From: an uncultured Roseobacter sp.
Lineage (GTDB): Bacteria > Pseudomonadota > Alphaproteobacteria > Rhodobacterales > Rhodobacteraceae
NCBI GenBank assembly: GCA_913054455.1
Contig: CAJXIL010000002.1
Location: forward strand, 19,755-83,754
Length of the DNA: 64,000 nucleotides
Direction: 5' to 3'
The position numbers and the translations under genes were made by a program. Under the pieces are notes generated by a model. It saw only the letters and a list, made by a program, of their open reading frames with translations. It was not told the origin of the DNA and made no database searches. Within the stretch, counting starts at the first letter, position 1; every line of letters begins with the position of its first letter. Of this stretch, positions 29,176-39,697 are shown in pieces.

Positions 29176-31305
29176 TTAGCCCAGAATTTTATGGATGGCG
29201 TTGATTAGGTCTCTGCGTCGTACAGGCTTCATCAACCGAATATCATCTGGACGCAGCCCGTTCCCGTGGACTGTGGCTTCGCTGGCATATCCGGACATGA
29301 AAATGACCGGCAAGCCTGGCGCCAGCAGGCGGAGTTCCGCAGACAGGGTTGTGCCTAGTAGCTTACCTGGCATCACAATATCTGTGATCAGCAGGTCAAA
29401 ACTGGGGTCCGTTTCAAAAATCGCTTTTGCTGCATCTCCTGAAGAGGCGGCGGTCACGGCGTAGCCCGCATTTTCCAAGGTCTTGACCAAAACCTCCTGC
29501 ACCGCGGCATCGTCTTCGGCCAGCAAGATACGAAGCCCGGTACTAGAGCACAAATCTAGTTGTGCCTCTGCCTCTGGCTCGGTCTCAGTGTTCTGGGTTG
29601 CCGCCTTGAAGAAAAGCTTGAAAGTGGTGCCTACACCTGGCTCGGAATAGACCTGCACAGTGCCATTGGACTGGCGCATAAAGCCATGCACCATGGAAAG
29701 CCCTAGGCCGGAATTGCTGCCGGGGGCCTTCGTGGAAAAGAACGGTTCAAAGATTTCAGATACGATTTCTGGCGGAATGCCCTCACCGGTATCGCTGATC
29801 GCCAGCATTACATAGTGCCCTGGAGGTAGCTCTTCTTGGCGGGCGTCCATGTAGCTGTCATCAATTTTTATGTTTGCGGTCTCAATGGTGAGTTTTCCTC
29901 CCCTGCGCATAGCATCTTGGGCGTTGAGTATCAGGTTCAATAATGCGCTTTCTGTGGCGCTCGGGTCGGCTTCAACAGGCCACAGCCCATCGCTCAGGGA
30001 GGTTTTCACCTCAATTGTCGCGGGCAGGGTTCGACTGATCCAACTTTTGGTTTCCTGTACCACCAAATTGATGTCGATTGGGCTTGGCTCCAGGCTGGCT
30101 TTACGAGCAAAGGCCAGCATATTGCGGGTCAGATCTGACCCTCGCAGGGTCGCCGCGATGCTTTTGTCTATGAGCTGTTTGTGTTGCAGGTTATCAATTT
30201 CGTCTTTAAGCAACTCAAGATTGCCCAGAGTGACGGCGAGAAGGTTGTTGAAATCATGCGCGACCCCACCAGTCAGCTTTCCGACGGCTTCGAGCTTCTG
30301 TGACATGGCGAGCTGCTGTTGGATCTTTGCGCGTTCTAGGATCTCGGTCTTGCGGGCAGAGATTTCGACCACGCTGGCACGGATGAGTTTTCGATCAAAA
30401 GGCGGCAGGCGGGCTAGAGACATCTCACACTCAAGTATGTCGCCCTCTTTGTTTTCGAATTGCCATTCAAAAACAGGGAATTCCCCGGAAAGCGCCTGCT
30501 GCAGATGCTTTGCTATTGCGTCTTCAGAACGCTGCCCGTCGGACTGGTACTCTGGGCTTATTTCTCCGGGTAACGTTCTGCCTGCCAGTTCATCAGGTGG
30601 GTAGCCGAGGATCTTTTCCGCGCGAGTATTGCTGGTTATAAAGACCTTTAAGTCCATATCGTAGATCAGAATGGCCTCTGGGGCATACTCGACCAGGGCA
30701 TGCATTTGATCATGCTGCTGGTAGAGCGCGATATTAGTGAGTTCCCACTGTTTTCGCAGATGTTCGGTTAAATTGATGCAGGCAACGCCGCTAAACAGCA
30801 ATGCCAGGGTCATCACCATCCAGTTGCGCCAGTTTCCAATGTAGTCTTCATAATTGGTAACATTGGCCTGCAAATACCCGGCTGAATGCAAATAGCCGAG
30901 GCTGAGCGAGATGATTAGAGAGATGGCAAGAGTCACATAGGCTGCTCGCCGACCTAGTAACGCCACCGAGATAATCGGAGTGGTCAACAGAATTAGCCAG
31001 CCAGCGGAAACCAATCCAAGAAAGACAAGGCCGGTGATGGAAAGCAGGAACAGGCCAAGAATAAGAAGTATGACGCGCTTTGCGTGATGCTTTCCACCTG
31101 GAAAAATTAGGGGCGGAGCCACAAAAAATATCAAAAAAATAGGCAGGCCAATATAGTAAAGCGGCCCATAGGGGATAGCGCGGGTTGCTGCAGCGCAAAT
31201 GCTTAGCCCGACGGCGATCATAAAGTAATAGAACAGCCAGTTTGACGATTCTCTTATATTTTGTGCATGTACTTTTCTGGCCTGGAGAATATGGTCACCC
31301 GCCAT
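29176..31305 (-). CDS. Orphan multi-TM PAS hybrid histidine kinase
   Basis: Several N-terminal TMs, PAS (ISPEYQSDG...FEWQ), '[15 protein letters not shown]', '[10 protein letters not shown]', 'SGLGLSMV', REC 'AEDD...LITDIVMP...KP'. Confidence 0.92.
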   Translation of the reverse strand: MAGDHILQARKVHAQNIRESSNWLFYYFMIAVGLSICAAATRAIPYGPLYYIGLPIFLIFFVAPPLIFPGGKHHAKRVILLILGLFLLSITGLVFLGLVSAGWLILLTTPIISVALLGRRAAYVTLAISLIISLSLGYLHSAGYLQANVTNYEDYIGNWRNWMVMTLALLFSGVACINLTEHLRKQWELTNIALYQQHDQMHALVEYAPEAILIYDMDLKVFITSNTRAEKILGYPPDELAGRTLPGEISPEYQSDGQRSEDAIAKHLQQALSGEFPVFEWQFENKEGDILECEMSLARLPPFDRKLIRASVVEISARKTEILERAKIQQQLAMSQKLEAVGKLTGGVAHDFNNLLAVTLGNLELLKDEIDNLQHKQLIDKSIAATLRGSDLTRNMLAFARKASLEPSPIDINLVVQETKSWISRTLPATIEVKTSLSDGLWPVEADPSATESALLNLILNAQDAMRRGGKLTIETANIKIDDSYMDARQEELPPGHYVMLAISDTGEGIPPEIVSEIFEPFFSTKAPGSNSGLGLSMVHGFMRQSNGTVQVYSEPGVGTTFKLFFKAATQNTETEPEAEAQLDLCSSTGLRILLAEDDAAVQEVLVKTLENAGYAVTAASSGDAAKAIFETDPSFDLLITDIVMPGKLLGTTLSAELRLLAPGLPVIFMSGYASEATVHGNGLRPDDIRLMKPVRRRDLINAIHKILG

Positions 31306-31514
31306 CTTGTCCCCTTTTTACATGCGAAGGATACGAAATAAGCCTTGGAAATACCGGCGTTATTTTAGGGTGTAAAACAATACACCCGTATCGCGAGTGT
31401 AGGCGGATTTCCTGCGAGATCAAGAATTTTAATCCCCAGCGCCCTTTTCAGGCTCTATGGCAACCTTGATCGGGCGGCTGGATACAGGACTTTTGCGGAG
31501 TGGCGAAGCGCGGC

Positions 31515-31919
31515 CTAAAAGCCGTGCATGCGTTTTGCCCATTGGTAGGCAACCACTAGGCCCTTCATACGCGGCAATATGAAAAGAGAGGCCGAGATGG
31601 TCACCAGTGACATGATCAGGGCCAGCGTGAGTGGGTCAGGGCGAAACTGGATGTAGGTGATGTGGAGCGCAAAGCCGAGCAGGTGGCCGACCAGAAGAAT
31701 GGTCAGATAGGCCGGGCCATCATCGGCGCGGTTGTGATGTAGCTCCTGGCCGCAGGCCTCACAGCTGTGCTTCACTTTTAGATAGCTCTCTAGCATTTTA
31801 CCCTCGCCGCAGTTGGGGCAGCGCAATTGCACCCCCCGTAATACTGCAGGTTTCCAGGCACGCTGCTGTGGTTCTTGGGTTAGGGCTGCTGTGGTTTCGC
31901 TCTGGGTCATATCTGTCAT
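31515..31919 (-). CDS. DUF983 zinc-finger membrane protein
   Basis: 'RCPNCGEGK...CEACG', 'RADDGPAYLTI', 'LPRMKG...QW'. Confidence 0.9.
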   Translation of the reverse strand: MTDMTQSETTAALTQEPQQRAWKPAVLRGVQLRCPNCGEGKMLESYLKVKHSCEACGQELHHNRADDGPAYLTILLVGHLLGFALHITYIQFRPDPLTLALIMSLVTISASLFILPRMKGLVVAYQWAKRMHGF

Positions 31920-32096
31920 CGCTACCTTGGAAGTGCTGTCGTCAATCCCTTAAAGTGTTTCATGATTGTTTGCAATCAATCATCCGATCAATGTGGTTGC
32001 AATTGTACCTGACTCAGGGGTATTGCACCGGTAGCCCTTTACCCGAACGCATTCTGGGAACAGGGTGAGGAATTGAATTAGCTGGGGAGAGATCCT

Positions 32097-33485
32097 TTGA
32101 AACAATGGAGTCCAACGCTGCCGATGTCGGATAAGCCGCGCTATGTGGAAATCGCGGATGCCATACGCGCCGACATTGATGCAGGTCTGTTGTTGCCTGG
32201 CGATCGCCTGCCGCCACAGCGTGGTGTGGCACAGGATCTTGGGGTTGATTTCTCAACTGTTTCTCGTGGGTATGCAGAGTCTGTACGGCGCGGCGATATC
32301 GAGAGTTTTGTAGGGCGTGGCACATATGTACGCGCCCCAGATGCCGCGATCGGGGGCGTGGGGGCACTGGAAACCCCGGATCCGCGTAGGATCCTGGAAG
32401 AAGACCCAATGATGAATATGCCACCAGAGCCAGAGGATCCCGCTCTTGTTGCCCGTATGGCAGCGGGCCTTGGCCATGTGGCGGCCAATCTGGTGCCGTT
32501 ATTGCGCTATCAATCGGTTCGCGGCAGCGCCGCCGACCGCGAGATTGCCCAGGTTTGGATGCAGGCAAATGGGTTGAAATTCGCCCCGGATCGCTTTGCC
32601 ATCACGCCAGGAGCTCATTCCAGCATCTATGCGATCCTGTCTCTGCTGAGCGAGCCGGGGCAGAGCCTGCTTTGTGAGACATTGACCTATCCTGGCATTC
32701 GCTCCATCGCCGCCCAGCTGGGGTTGCGACTGATCGGAGTGCCCCATGATCAAGAGGGGCTGCGCCCCGAGGCACTGGAACGGGCAATTACCGAACACTG
32801 GCCTGCGGCTCTTTACCTCAACCCAACCTTGCAAAACCCAACCACTAAGACAATGTCCGAAAGCCGTCGCCGCGAGATCGCTGAGGTGCTCAAACGGCAT
32901 GATGTGCAGCTCATCGAAGATGATGCCTATCGCTTTGTGGCGGCAGATGCTCCGCCGCCAATTTCCGATCATTTGCCAGACCTGGCCTGGCATGTCGCCG
33001 GGATTTCCAAATGCTTTGGCGCGGGTCTGCGGCTTGCCTATACGACGGTGCCGCAACGCGCCGAGATGGGGCGGTTCTCCCAAGCTCTGCGCAGCATTAA
33101 TGTGATGGCCTCTCCGCTGAGCCTGGCGCTATTGGGGCGCTGGATCGAAGATGGCACCGCCACAGAGCTCCAGTCCTTCGTGCGGCGCGCTGCTGCCGAA
33201 CGGCAAGAATTGGCGCGAGAGATCCTCTGTGGCTGTTTTGTGAGCGGCGCGCCGGAGGCTTTTAATCTCTGGGTAGAGCTGCCTCGCGGTACCAGCCGGG
33301 CGGAGGTCATGGGCCGTATGGCGAACCGCCAGATCGGGATTATGCCCAGCGATGCCTTTACCGTCTTGGGCCAGCCCAGCGAGGCCCTGCGGGTTTGCCT
33401 AGGTGGTCCCATTGGGTTGGAACAACTGCGCGATGATCTAAGAGCCTTGCGCGATGCGATCTTGCGAAAGGATTGGCTTGGGTGA
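32097..33485 (+). CDS. MocR/GabR-family (GntR HTH + PLP aminotransferase-like) regulator
   Basis: 'GDRLPPQR.VA..LGVDFSTVSRGY', 'VGRGTYV', 'PTLQNPT', 'IEDDAY', 'SKCFGAGLR'. Confidence 0.92.
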   Translation: MKQWSPTLPMSDKPRYVEIADAIRADIDAGLLLPGDRLPPQRGVAQDLGVDFSTVSRGYAESVRRGDIESFVGRGTYVRAPDAAIGGVGALETPDPRRILEEDPMMNMPPEPEDPALVARMAAGLGHVAANLVPLLRYQSVRGSAADREIAQVWMQANGLKFAPDRFAITPGAHSSIYAILSLLSEPGQSLLCETLTYPGIRSIAAQLGLRLIGVPHDQEGLRPEALERAITEHWPAALYLNPTLQNPTTKTMSESRRREIAEVLKRHDVQLIEDDAYRFVAADAPPPISDHLPDLAWHVAGISKCFGAGLRLAYTTVPQRAEMGRFSQALRSINVMASPLSLALLGRWIEDGTATELQSFVRRAAAERQELAREILCGCFVSGAPEAFNLWVELPRGTSRAEVMGRMANRQIGIMPSDAFTVLGQPSEALRVCLGGPIGLEQLRDDLRALRDAILRKDWLG

Positions 33486-33522
33486 GGCACGTGTTTGATC
33501 GGATCACCAGAAGGGGCTTTCG

Positions 33523-34389
33523 ATGACCTCCCATTTGTCGCTGCGCATTCTTGGCATGGTGGTCCTCGCCATGACTTTGATCGTCATTGGAGACGCCGCC
33601 GGGAAGGTGCTGACGGCGCAGGGCTTCAGCCCAATCTTTGTGGCCTGGTCCCGGTTTACGGTGGCGGCGGTGGTTCTGTTGCCATTCAGCGGGTTGACCG
33701 CCGCAGAACTGCGCGGTTTCCTGGATTGGCGGATCATTTTGCGTGCGCTGCTGATCTCCGCTGGCATTTCCTGCATTCTCACGGCGCTCAAGACCGAGCC
33801 AATTGCCAATGTTTTTGGTGGGTTTTTTATTGGCCCAATCGTGGCCTTTGGCTTGTCAGCGCTATTGCTGAAAGAGCGCGCTGACCTCAGCCGGATGGCC
33901 CTGCTTCTGGTGAGCTTTGCAGGTGTTCTTTTGGTGGTGAAGCCTGGCTTTGGCATGCAGATCGGCATGGGGTTTGCCCTGTTGGCTGGCTGTTTTCATG
34001 GCTCATACCTCGTGTCGACACGCTGGTTGGCAGGGCAATATCGCCCGCGATTCTTGCTGATTTCTCAATTGATTATAGGGGCCCTAGTACTGCTGCCCTT
34101 TAGTTTGGGGTCCATTCCACAGAGCATAGATCTGGCCGGAGCAGGCCTGGTGCTGGTCTCTGCGCTTGGCTCGGCAGCGGGAAACTTTCTGCTGGCTGTT
34201 GCCAATCGTACAACCCCCGCAAATGTGGTGGCACCTCTGGTCTATAGCCAGTTGCTGGCAGCCACCCTTATTGGCGTGATTGTCTTTGGGGATATCCCAG
34301 ATGTGCTGGCGCTCTTGGGGCTTGCTGTGATCATTCTATCAGGCCTGTCGTCGCTCTGGTTGGCAGGCAGGCGCATGGCACAGAGCTAG
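33523..34389 (+). CDS. EamA/DMT family transporter
   Basis: About 10 TM segments, 'LLKER', 'VVKPG', 'APLVYSQL'. Confidence 0.88.
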   Translation: MTSHLSLRILGMVVLAMTLIVIGDAAGKVLTAQGFSPIFVAWSRFTVAAVVLLPFSGLTAAELRGFLDWRIILRALLISAGISCILTALKTEPIANVFGGFFIGPIVAFGLSALLLKERADLSRMALLLVSFAGVLLVVKPGFGMQIGMGFALLAGCFHGSYLVSTRWLAGQYRPRFLLISQLIIGALVLLPFSLGSIPQSIDLAGAGLVLVSALGSAAGNFLLAVANRTTPANVVAPLVYSQLLAATLIGVIVFGDIPDVLALLGLAVIILSGLSSLWLAGRRMAQS

Positions 34390-34408
34390 CCCGAATAGCG
34401 CCTGTGTC

Positions 34409-35176
34409 TCAAGATTTGCGTAGCAGGTAGATGTCCATGATCCAACCGTGATCGCTACGCGCCTGTGCGCGGGTTGCAATGATCTCGGCAGCGACCTCCT
34501 GCAAGGGGCCACAGAGGCTGATCTGGTTTTCCATCCCGGCATATGCAGACCACCAAATCTCAACCCCGGTCGGATCAATGGCCTGAAATGAGCACTCTCC
34601 ATCCAACATGATCACGAGGGTATCAGCACTGTCGGGCCAGCCGTTTTCGCGCAGCTGCCGTCCAGTGGTGACGGTGAAAGGCGCGCCAATTTCGTTCAGC
34701 GGTATCGCATGGGCCGCTGTCAGGGCCTGAATGGAGGTCACGCCGGGAATGACTTCAATGCTGATCTTCTGAGTGCCCTTTAGTCGCTCAGCGATGCGCA
34801 TGGTGCTGTCATAGAGCGCGGGATCGCCCCAAACCAAAAAGCCAACTTTTGCCGTAGCGTCTGGCAGCTGGGCGCGAATGGTCTCAATCCAGACCTGGGC
34901 GATGGCATCGTGCCAGTGATCTACACGTGCAGTGTAGTCAGAAATCGCAGGATCGCGCACAGGTAGGTCGAACTCTACAATGCGTGGTCCAGGCGCGCTG
35001 ATCACCCTGGCGCAAATCTCCTGGCGCAGGGAGGCCAGATCGTCTTTGCCTTTGCCCTTATTGGGGATGAGGATCAGATCACAGGCATTCAGCGCCTGAA
35101 TCGCTTGCAGCGTCAGGTGCTCCGGGTTGCCGGTGCCAATGCCAATCAGGGAGAGTTCGATCATAGTACTGCTCAT
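34409..35176 (-). CDS. cobF: Precorrin-6A synthase (deacetylating)
   Basis: 'IGIGTGNPEHLTLQA', 'WHDAIA', 'LVWGDPALYDS', 'HGWIMDIYLL'. Start 35176 or 35164. Confidence 0.93.
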   Translation of the reverse strand: MSSTMIELSLIGIGTGNPEHLTLQAIQALNACDLILIPNKGKGKDDLASLRQEICARVISAPGPRIVEFDLPVRDPAISDYTARVDHWHDAIAQVWIETIRAQLPDATAKVGFLVWGDPALYDSTMRIAERLKGTQKISIEVIPGVTSIQALTAAHAIPLNEIGAPFTVTTGRQLRENGWPDSADTLVIMLDGECSFQAIDPTGVEIWWSAYAGMENQISLCGPLQEVAAEIIATRAQARSDHGWIMDIYLLRKS

Positions 35177-35202
35177 GTGAGGAGCCCCATAGCGGGCCGG
35201 GC

Positions 35203-35234
35203 AAAAAGAAACACGGCCCGCTATGGGGCCGTGT
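35203..35234 (-). terminator. Intrinsic terminator between the cbiM-like gene and cobF
   Basis: Minus strand ACACGGCCC-catagc-GGGCCGTGT followed by TTCTTTTT. Confidence 0.7.
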
Positions 35235-35272
35235 TCTTGGTAAATCAAGTCTTGATCAAGGCATTGGCCAGA

Positions 35273-35950
35273 TCAGGCTGCTTTGTAGAGGCGAGGGGTG
35301 ACCATGCCTGTACCTTCCAGGCTGCGCAGGGCCTTGGCCGTGGCGAGGATGGCCAGATCAGCAAGCGGTTCAATCAGAACAACCAGCATATAGGCACCGC
35401 CAAAGGTCAGCACAGAAGACATAGTTTCGGCGCCAAAACCCTGGCCGTAGAAAACCCAGAAGGCAACCCAAGCAACAACGCCGCCCTGGTAGGCAACCGA
35501 AAGGGCCAGCGCTTGGCTGTATTTCAGATCCACATAGGCGGTCCCGGCAGGAATGATGCGACGGGCCAGCGCATGCAGCGCGAACAGCGGCACCAGCAGG
35601 GTGGTCAGGTTTACGAAATACATCGGCAGATCGGTGGGCGCAAAGAAGGCCCCCTGGATCAGCAGGCCGAGCGCCAGACCAAAAGCGGCGGGGGCTGCGC
35701 CAAGGATCAGGAACAGGGTCGATCCGAGAATGAAATGCACCTCAGAGACGCCGACGGGGAAATGCGGCAGCACTTCAAAGAACAAAAACACACCCAGCGC
35801 GGCAATTGCGGAGCGCCCCGCATAGGACACAAGCCCGCTGCTGCGCAGATCGCTGAAGGTCTCTTTTGCCGCATAGGCTGTCGCGCCTGCGGCGGTGCCG
35901 TAGGCGAGGGTCATTTTTGCAGCGTCGACGACGCCGGGTTCGATATGCAT
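35273..35950 (-). CDS. cbiM: CbiM-like cobalt uptake membrane protein (ECF S component)
   Basis: N-terminal 'MHIEPG' metal-binding motif, 'SEVH', 'LLIQG'; lies under a B12 riboswitch. Confidence 0.85.
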   Translation of the reverse strand: MHIEPGVVDAAKMTLAYGTAAGATAYAAKETFSDLRSSGLVSYAGRSAIAALGVFLFFEVLPHFPVGVSEVHFILGSTLFLILGAAPAAFGLALGLLIQGAFFAPTDLPMYFVNLTTLLVPLFALHALARRIIPAGTAYVDLKYSQALALSVAYQGGVVAWVAFWVFYGQGFGAETMSSVLTFGGAYMLVVLIEPLADLAILATAKALRSLEGTGMVTPRLYKAA

Positions 35951-36025
35951 AGCTCTGTCTCCCTGTCGCCTTCCCCGGCGACATGTGTAGCGGTTCGTGA
36001 TCCAGCCGACCTATATGGTCAACTC

Positions 36026-36220
36026 ACGAGGGCAGGTCTCCTGACTTGCGGGTCTGGGCCGGTCTGGGGCCTTCCCGACCTGCTGTGCAGATCAGTGGCT
36101 TATCCCAGTGGCTCGCCGCTCACAGTTGCGGGGGCAGTTCCGGGTTTGGCGCCTTTTGGCTACACCTCACCGGATTCCCTTTTCATCCAAAAGCCTTGGG
36201 CTTCAGTGGAACCTTCGATA
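36026..36220 (-). ncRNA. Cobalamin riboswitch
   Basis: Minus strand: GGTTCC...AAGGGAATCCGGTG...CCGGAACTGCCCCCGCAACTGT...GCCACTG...GGGAAGG...AGTCAGGAGACCTGCC. Confidence 0.95.
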
Positions 36221-36348
36221 GAATACGGGTCCCACATTTTGGGCCTTTCTGTCAATCATGCAGCACCGACGTTTGCGGCCCAAAAGCGGCAAAACCTCGC
36301 TTTTGTGGAGTGCTGCAGCTAGCAGACCGGCGCAGAGATTCGGCGGTG

Positions 36349-37101
36349 CTAGGATGTCTCAGCTGAGATGCCCGCTTCCAGATCGCTATCTGCCAGGGGG
36401 CCATAGAGAATGAGTACGGGTGCTGTCGTCTCCATTTGCCGCAGCACCTGTGGCAACTCTCCAACCGTGTGGCAGCTCAGTTCTTGCTCGGGGGTGGAAA
36501 CACCCAGGGCCACCAGGGCATGGGTTTCAGGGGGCAAGCCGGCTTCCACCAGTTTTTCGGCCAAGGCGGCAAAGGTGCGCTTTCCCATATAGACCACGGT
36601 GGTCGCATCCGGGTCAGCCAGGGCTGCCATGTTGAGACTGTCTGGCAGGCCTCCGGTGACGTCGTGACCGGTGATAAACTGCATGCGCCGGGCCGTTAGT
36701 CGTCGGGTCAGCGGAATATTGGCCGCGGCCGCGGCGGCTGAGGCTGCGGTCACACCGGGGACGATTTCAAAGCCGATCCCTGCGGCGCGCAGGGCCGCAA
36801 TCTCTTCTTCCAAGCGGCCAAAGACGCCGCTATCGCCAGATTTCAGTCGCACCACTTTGAGGCCGCTTTTGGCAAAATCGACCAAGAGCTGGCTCACATG
36901 ATCCTGTTTGGGAGAGGGGCGGCCGGCACGTTTGCCGACGCCCACCAGATCGGCCTCGGGGTTGGCATGGGTCAGGATGGGGCCTGATGACAGATCATCA
37001 AACAGCACTGCATCTGCCGTTTCCAGCCGTTTCACCGCCTTGACAGTCAGCAGCTCTGGATCGCCGGGGCCGGAGGAAACAAAACTTACAAAGCCGCTCA
37101 T
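36349..37101 (-). CDS. cobA: Uroporphyrinogen-III C-methyltransferase
   Basis: 'GPGDPELLTVKA', 'VGKRAG', 'VVRLKSGD..VFGR..EE', 'VPGVTA'. Confidence 0.93.
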   Translation of the reverse strand: MSGFVSFVSSGPGDPELLTVKAVKRLETADAVLFDDLSSGPILTHANPEADLVGVGKRAGRPSPKQDHVSQLLVDFAKSGLKVVRLKSGDSGVFGRLEEEIAALRAAGIGFEIVPGVTAASAAAAAANIPLTRRLTARRMQFITGHDVTGGLPDSLNMAALADPDATTVVYMGKRTFAALAEKLVEAGLPPETHALVALGVSTPEQELSCHTVGELPQVLRQMETTAPVLILYGPLADSDLEAGISAETS

Positions 37102-38414
37102 GCGCTTTCTCCGGTGATCAGATGGAAAAAGGTCCCGGTGACATGGCCCTTGATGGATCCGGTTTCAGGCACAGGGTTGCCGTCGGCATCCATAACATGG
37201 GCCAGCGGGGCGTCGGGCTCATCCAGGATGGTGGAATAGTGGAACTCGTGGCCACGCAGGGCAGCCCCTGTTTCAAAGCCCGGCATCTGCGCCTGGAGCA
37301 CGGCACGGCGGTAGCCCAGATGGAACTTGCGTTTCTCGTAGGAGGTCACCAGTCCCAGCAACCCGGCCATTTGATGACGGTTGCCCTCTTTGTCGATCAG
37401 GGCCTCGCCTAGGGCCATATAGCCTCCACATTCGCCATGCACGGGCTTGGTTTTAGCATGTCGGCGCAGGCCTGCTCGGAAATTCTCTGCAGCGGCCAAT
37501 GTGCCGCCGTGCAGCTCTGGATAGCCGCCGGGCAGCCAGACCAAATCGGCATCCGCTGCGGGGGCCTCATCTGCGAGGGGCGAAAACGGTAGGATTTCAG
37601 CACCTGCGGCGCGCCAACCAGTCAGAAGATGCGGGTAGGTAAAGGAAAACGCCGAATCTCGTGCCAATGCTATGCGTTGGGCTGGGGGTTTTGGCAGGTC
37701 CTGCGCCCTTGGTGCCGCGGCACCGAGAGCCGCAGATTTGATTGCCTCAAGATCTACATGGTCGCGCAGGAAAGTGGCATAGCCCGCGATGGCGGCCTCA
37801 AGATCAGGATGTTCCACCGCTTGAATGAGACCCAGGTGGCGTTCTGGCAGGGCCAGATCACCACGGCGAGGCAGGGAGCCCAAAACCTTGACGCCAGCAC
37901 GTTCCATTCCGAGACGTGTCAGTCGCTCATGACGGGGGCTGGCAACCCGGTTCAGAATGACCCCGGCAAAGGGCACATCAGGGTCATAGGATTTGAACCC
38001 CAGCGCGGTGGCAGCCGCGGATTGTGCCTGGCCGCCAACGTCAATCACCAGCACCACGGGCCAGCCCATGCGCTTGGCGGTCTCGGCCGAGGAGCCAAAG
38101 CCGGATTGACCGCGGGTGGCCACCCCGTCAAACAACCCCATCGAGCCTTCGCCGATGCAGATCTCCGCTCCGGCGGCCTGTCCAGCAACCGCGTCCAGAA
38201 GCCCGCCATCCATTGCCCAGCTATCCAGGTTGAAACTGGGGCGTTTGGCGGCGGCAAAATGAAAGGCCGGGTCAATGTAGTCGGGGCCGCTCTTAAAGGG
38301 CTGTACCACCAGCCCATCCTCAGCCAGCGCGCGCAACAGACCGAGCATCACGGTGGTCTTGCCAGTGCCCGATGCAGGGGCCGAGATCATCAGGCCTTTA
38401 GGGAATGCGGTCAT
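37098..38414 (-). CDS. cobB: Hydrogenobyrinate a,c-diamide synthase
   Basis: 'SGTGKTT', 'KSGPDYIDP', 'EGSMGLFDG', 'LPERHLGL', 'GECGGYM', 'GHEFHYS'. Confidence 0.95.
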   Translation of the reverse strand: MTAFPKGLMISAPASGTGKTTVMLGLLRALAEDGLVVQPFKSGPDYIDPAFHFAAAKRPSFNLDSWAMDGGLLDAVAGQAAGAEICIGEGSMGLFDGVATRGQSGFGSSAETAKRMGWPVVLVIDVGGQAQSAAATALGFKSYDPDVPFAGVILNRVASPRHERLTRLGMERAGVKVLGSLPRRGDLALPERHLGLIQAVEHPDLEAAIAGYATFLRDHVDLEAIKSAALGAAAPRAQDLPKPPAQRIALARDSAFSFTYPHLLTGWRAAGAEILPFSPLADEAPAADADLVWLPGGYPELHGGTLAAAENFRAGLRRHAKTKPVHGECGGYMALGEALIDKEGNRHQMAGLLGLVTSYEKRKFHLGYRRAVLQAQMPGFETGAALRGHEFHYSTILDEPDAPLAHVMDADGNPVPETGSIKGHVTGTFFHLITGESA

Positions 38415-38528
38415 GTCCAAACCTCGCTGTAAATTGCCAGTGCCGCGCTTGGCTTAGTCAGAGACTGGGCCAAGGGCGGGCGCTTTGCGCTTTCCTCGGG
38501 TCTGCCGCGGCCTTGCTGAGGCATATCT

Positions 38529-39323
38529 TCAGTCATCGCCTTCGCTCCAGTTGGCCCATTGGCTGTCCGCGCTTTGCGGACGGTAGCGGCGGTCATAATC
38601 TTGGGCGTAAAGACAACTTTCGTCAAAATCCTCATTGCCCAAGGCCCGTCCTACCAGGATCAAGGCCGTGCGCCCGCGCATTCCACCGGTGGCCTCTTCC
38701 AAGGTGCCGAGTGTTGCTTTGACCACTTTTTGATCCGGCCAGGTGGCGCGCCAGACAATGGCCACCGGGCAATCGGCTCCATAGGAGGGCGTCAAGCGCG
38801 AGATCACCTCTTCCAGTACATGCACCGAGAGATGAATAGCCAGAGTGGCGCCGGTCTGGGCGAAATTTTCCAGCGTTTCGCCTTCTGGCATGGCCGAGGC
38901 CTTGCCGGAGGTCCGTGTCAGGACCAATGACTGGGCCACACCTGGCAGCGTCAGCTCAGACCCAAGGGCTGCGGCAGCAGCGGCAAAGGCGGGCACGCCA
39001 GGGGTGACGTCATAGGGGATACCCAGCGCGCCCAAGCGGCGCAGCTGTTCGCCCAGGGCAGACCAGACCGACAGATCGCCCGAATGCAGGCGGGCAATGT
39101 CGTGTCCTGCGTCATGGGACTCTTTGATATGGGCCATGATCTCATCTAGCGACAGGGAGGCGGTATTGATCACCTTGGCGCCTTTGGGGCAGTGCTGCAG
39201 CAGCGCCTCGGGGACCAGCGAGCCGGCATAGAGGCAGACCGGGCAGGCGGCGATCAGGTCGCGCCCACGCAGGGTGATAAGATCGGCGGCACCGGGGCCG
39301 GCGCCAATGAAATGAACGGTCAT
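38529..39323 (-). CDS. cobM: Precorrin-4 C11-methyltransferase
   Basis: '[18 protein letters not shown]', 'YAGSLVP', 'RLHSGD'. Confidence 0.95.
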   Translation of the reverse strand: MTVHFIGAGPGAADLITLRGRDLIAACPVCLYAGSLVPEALLQHCPKGAKVINTASLSLDEIMAHIKESHDAGHDIARLHSGDLSVWSALGEQLRRLGALGIPYDVTPGVPAFAAAAAALGSELTLPGVAQSLVLTRTSGKASAMPEGETLENFAQTGATLAIHLSVHVLEEVISRLTPSYGADCPVAIVWRATWPDQKVVKATLGTLEEATGGMRGRTALILVGRALGNEDFDESCLYAQDYDRRYRPQSADSQWANWSEGDD

Positions 39324-39697
39324 AGCTCAAGTCTTTCTGCAAGGGCCGCGGTGGCCATCCCATCCGCGGTAATAACTCGGGGGGCGATCAGGCGCGCGTG
39401 TGCGCCGGGCCGGGTTTGACGCGCGCCAACCAGCGCAGCGGCCTCGGCCAGGGAACCGGTGGCAAAGCGTGCCTTGATCCGGGGCGAACAGGTCAGGGTC
39501 TGCTCTCCGGCGATTTCTTCTTCGGTCAAGGCGATCAGGGGCAGCCCCAGCTCTGTGGCCAATGTTTTTAAAGGCTCGGCTGCGGCCTTTTCCTGAAGTG
39601 AAGCAAGTGCATCCGGCTGCATCTGTAATAGGTCCAGAGCCTGCCGCAGGTCCGCCAGCGTCGCGCTGGCGCGAAATCCGATCCCTGCCACCTTCAT
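39320..39697 (-). CDS. cobE: CobE/CbiG C-terminal family protein
   Basis: 'VAGIGFR', 'GSLAEAAAL', 'ATAALA'. ATGA-coupled to cobL. Confidence 0.88.
   Translation of the reverse strand: MKVAGIGFRASATLADLRQALDLLQMQPDALASLQEKAAAEPLKTLATELGLPLIALTEEEIAGEQTLTCSPRIKARFATGSLAEAAALVGARQTRPGAHARLIAPRVITADGMATAALAERLEL

Noticed and set aside
35105-36322. 405-aa plus-strand ORF
   Set aside because: Antisense to cbiM and the riboswitch; no family motifs
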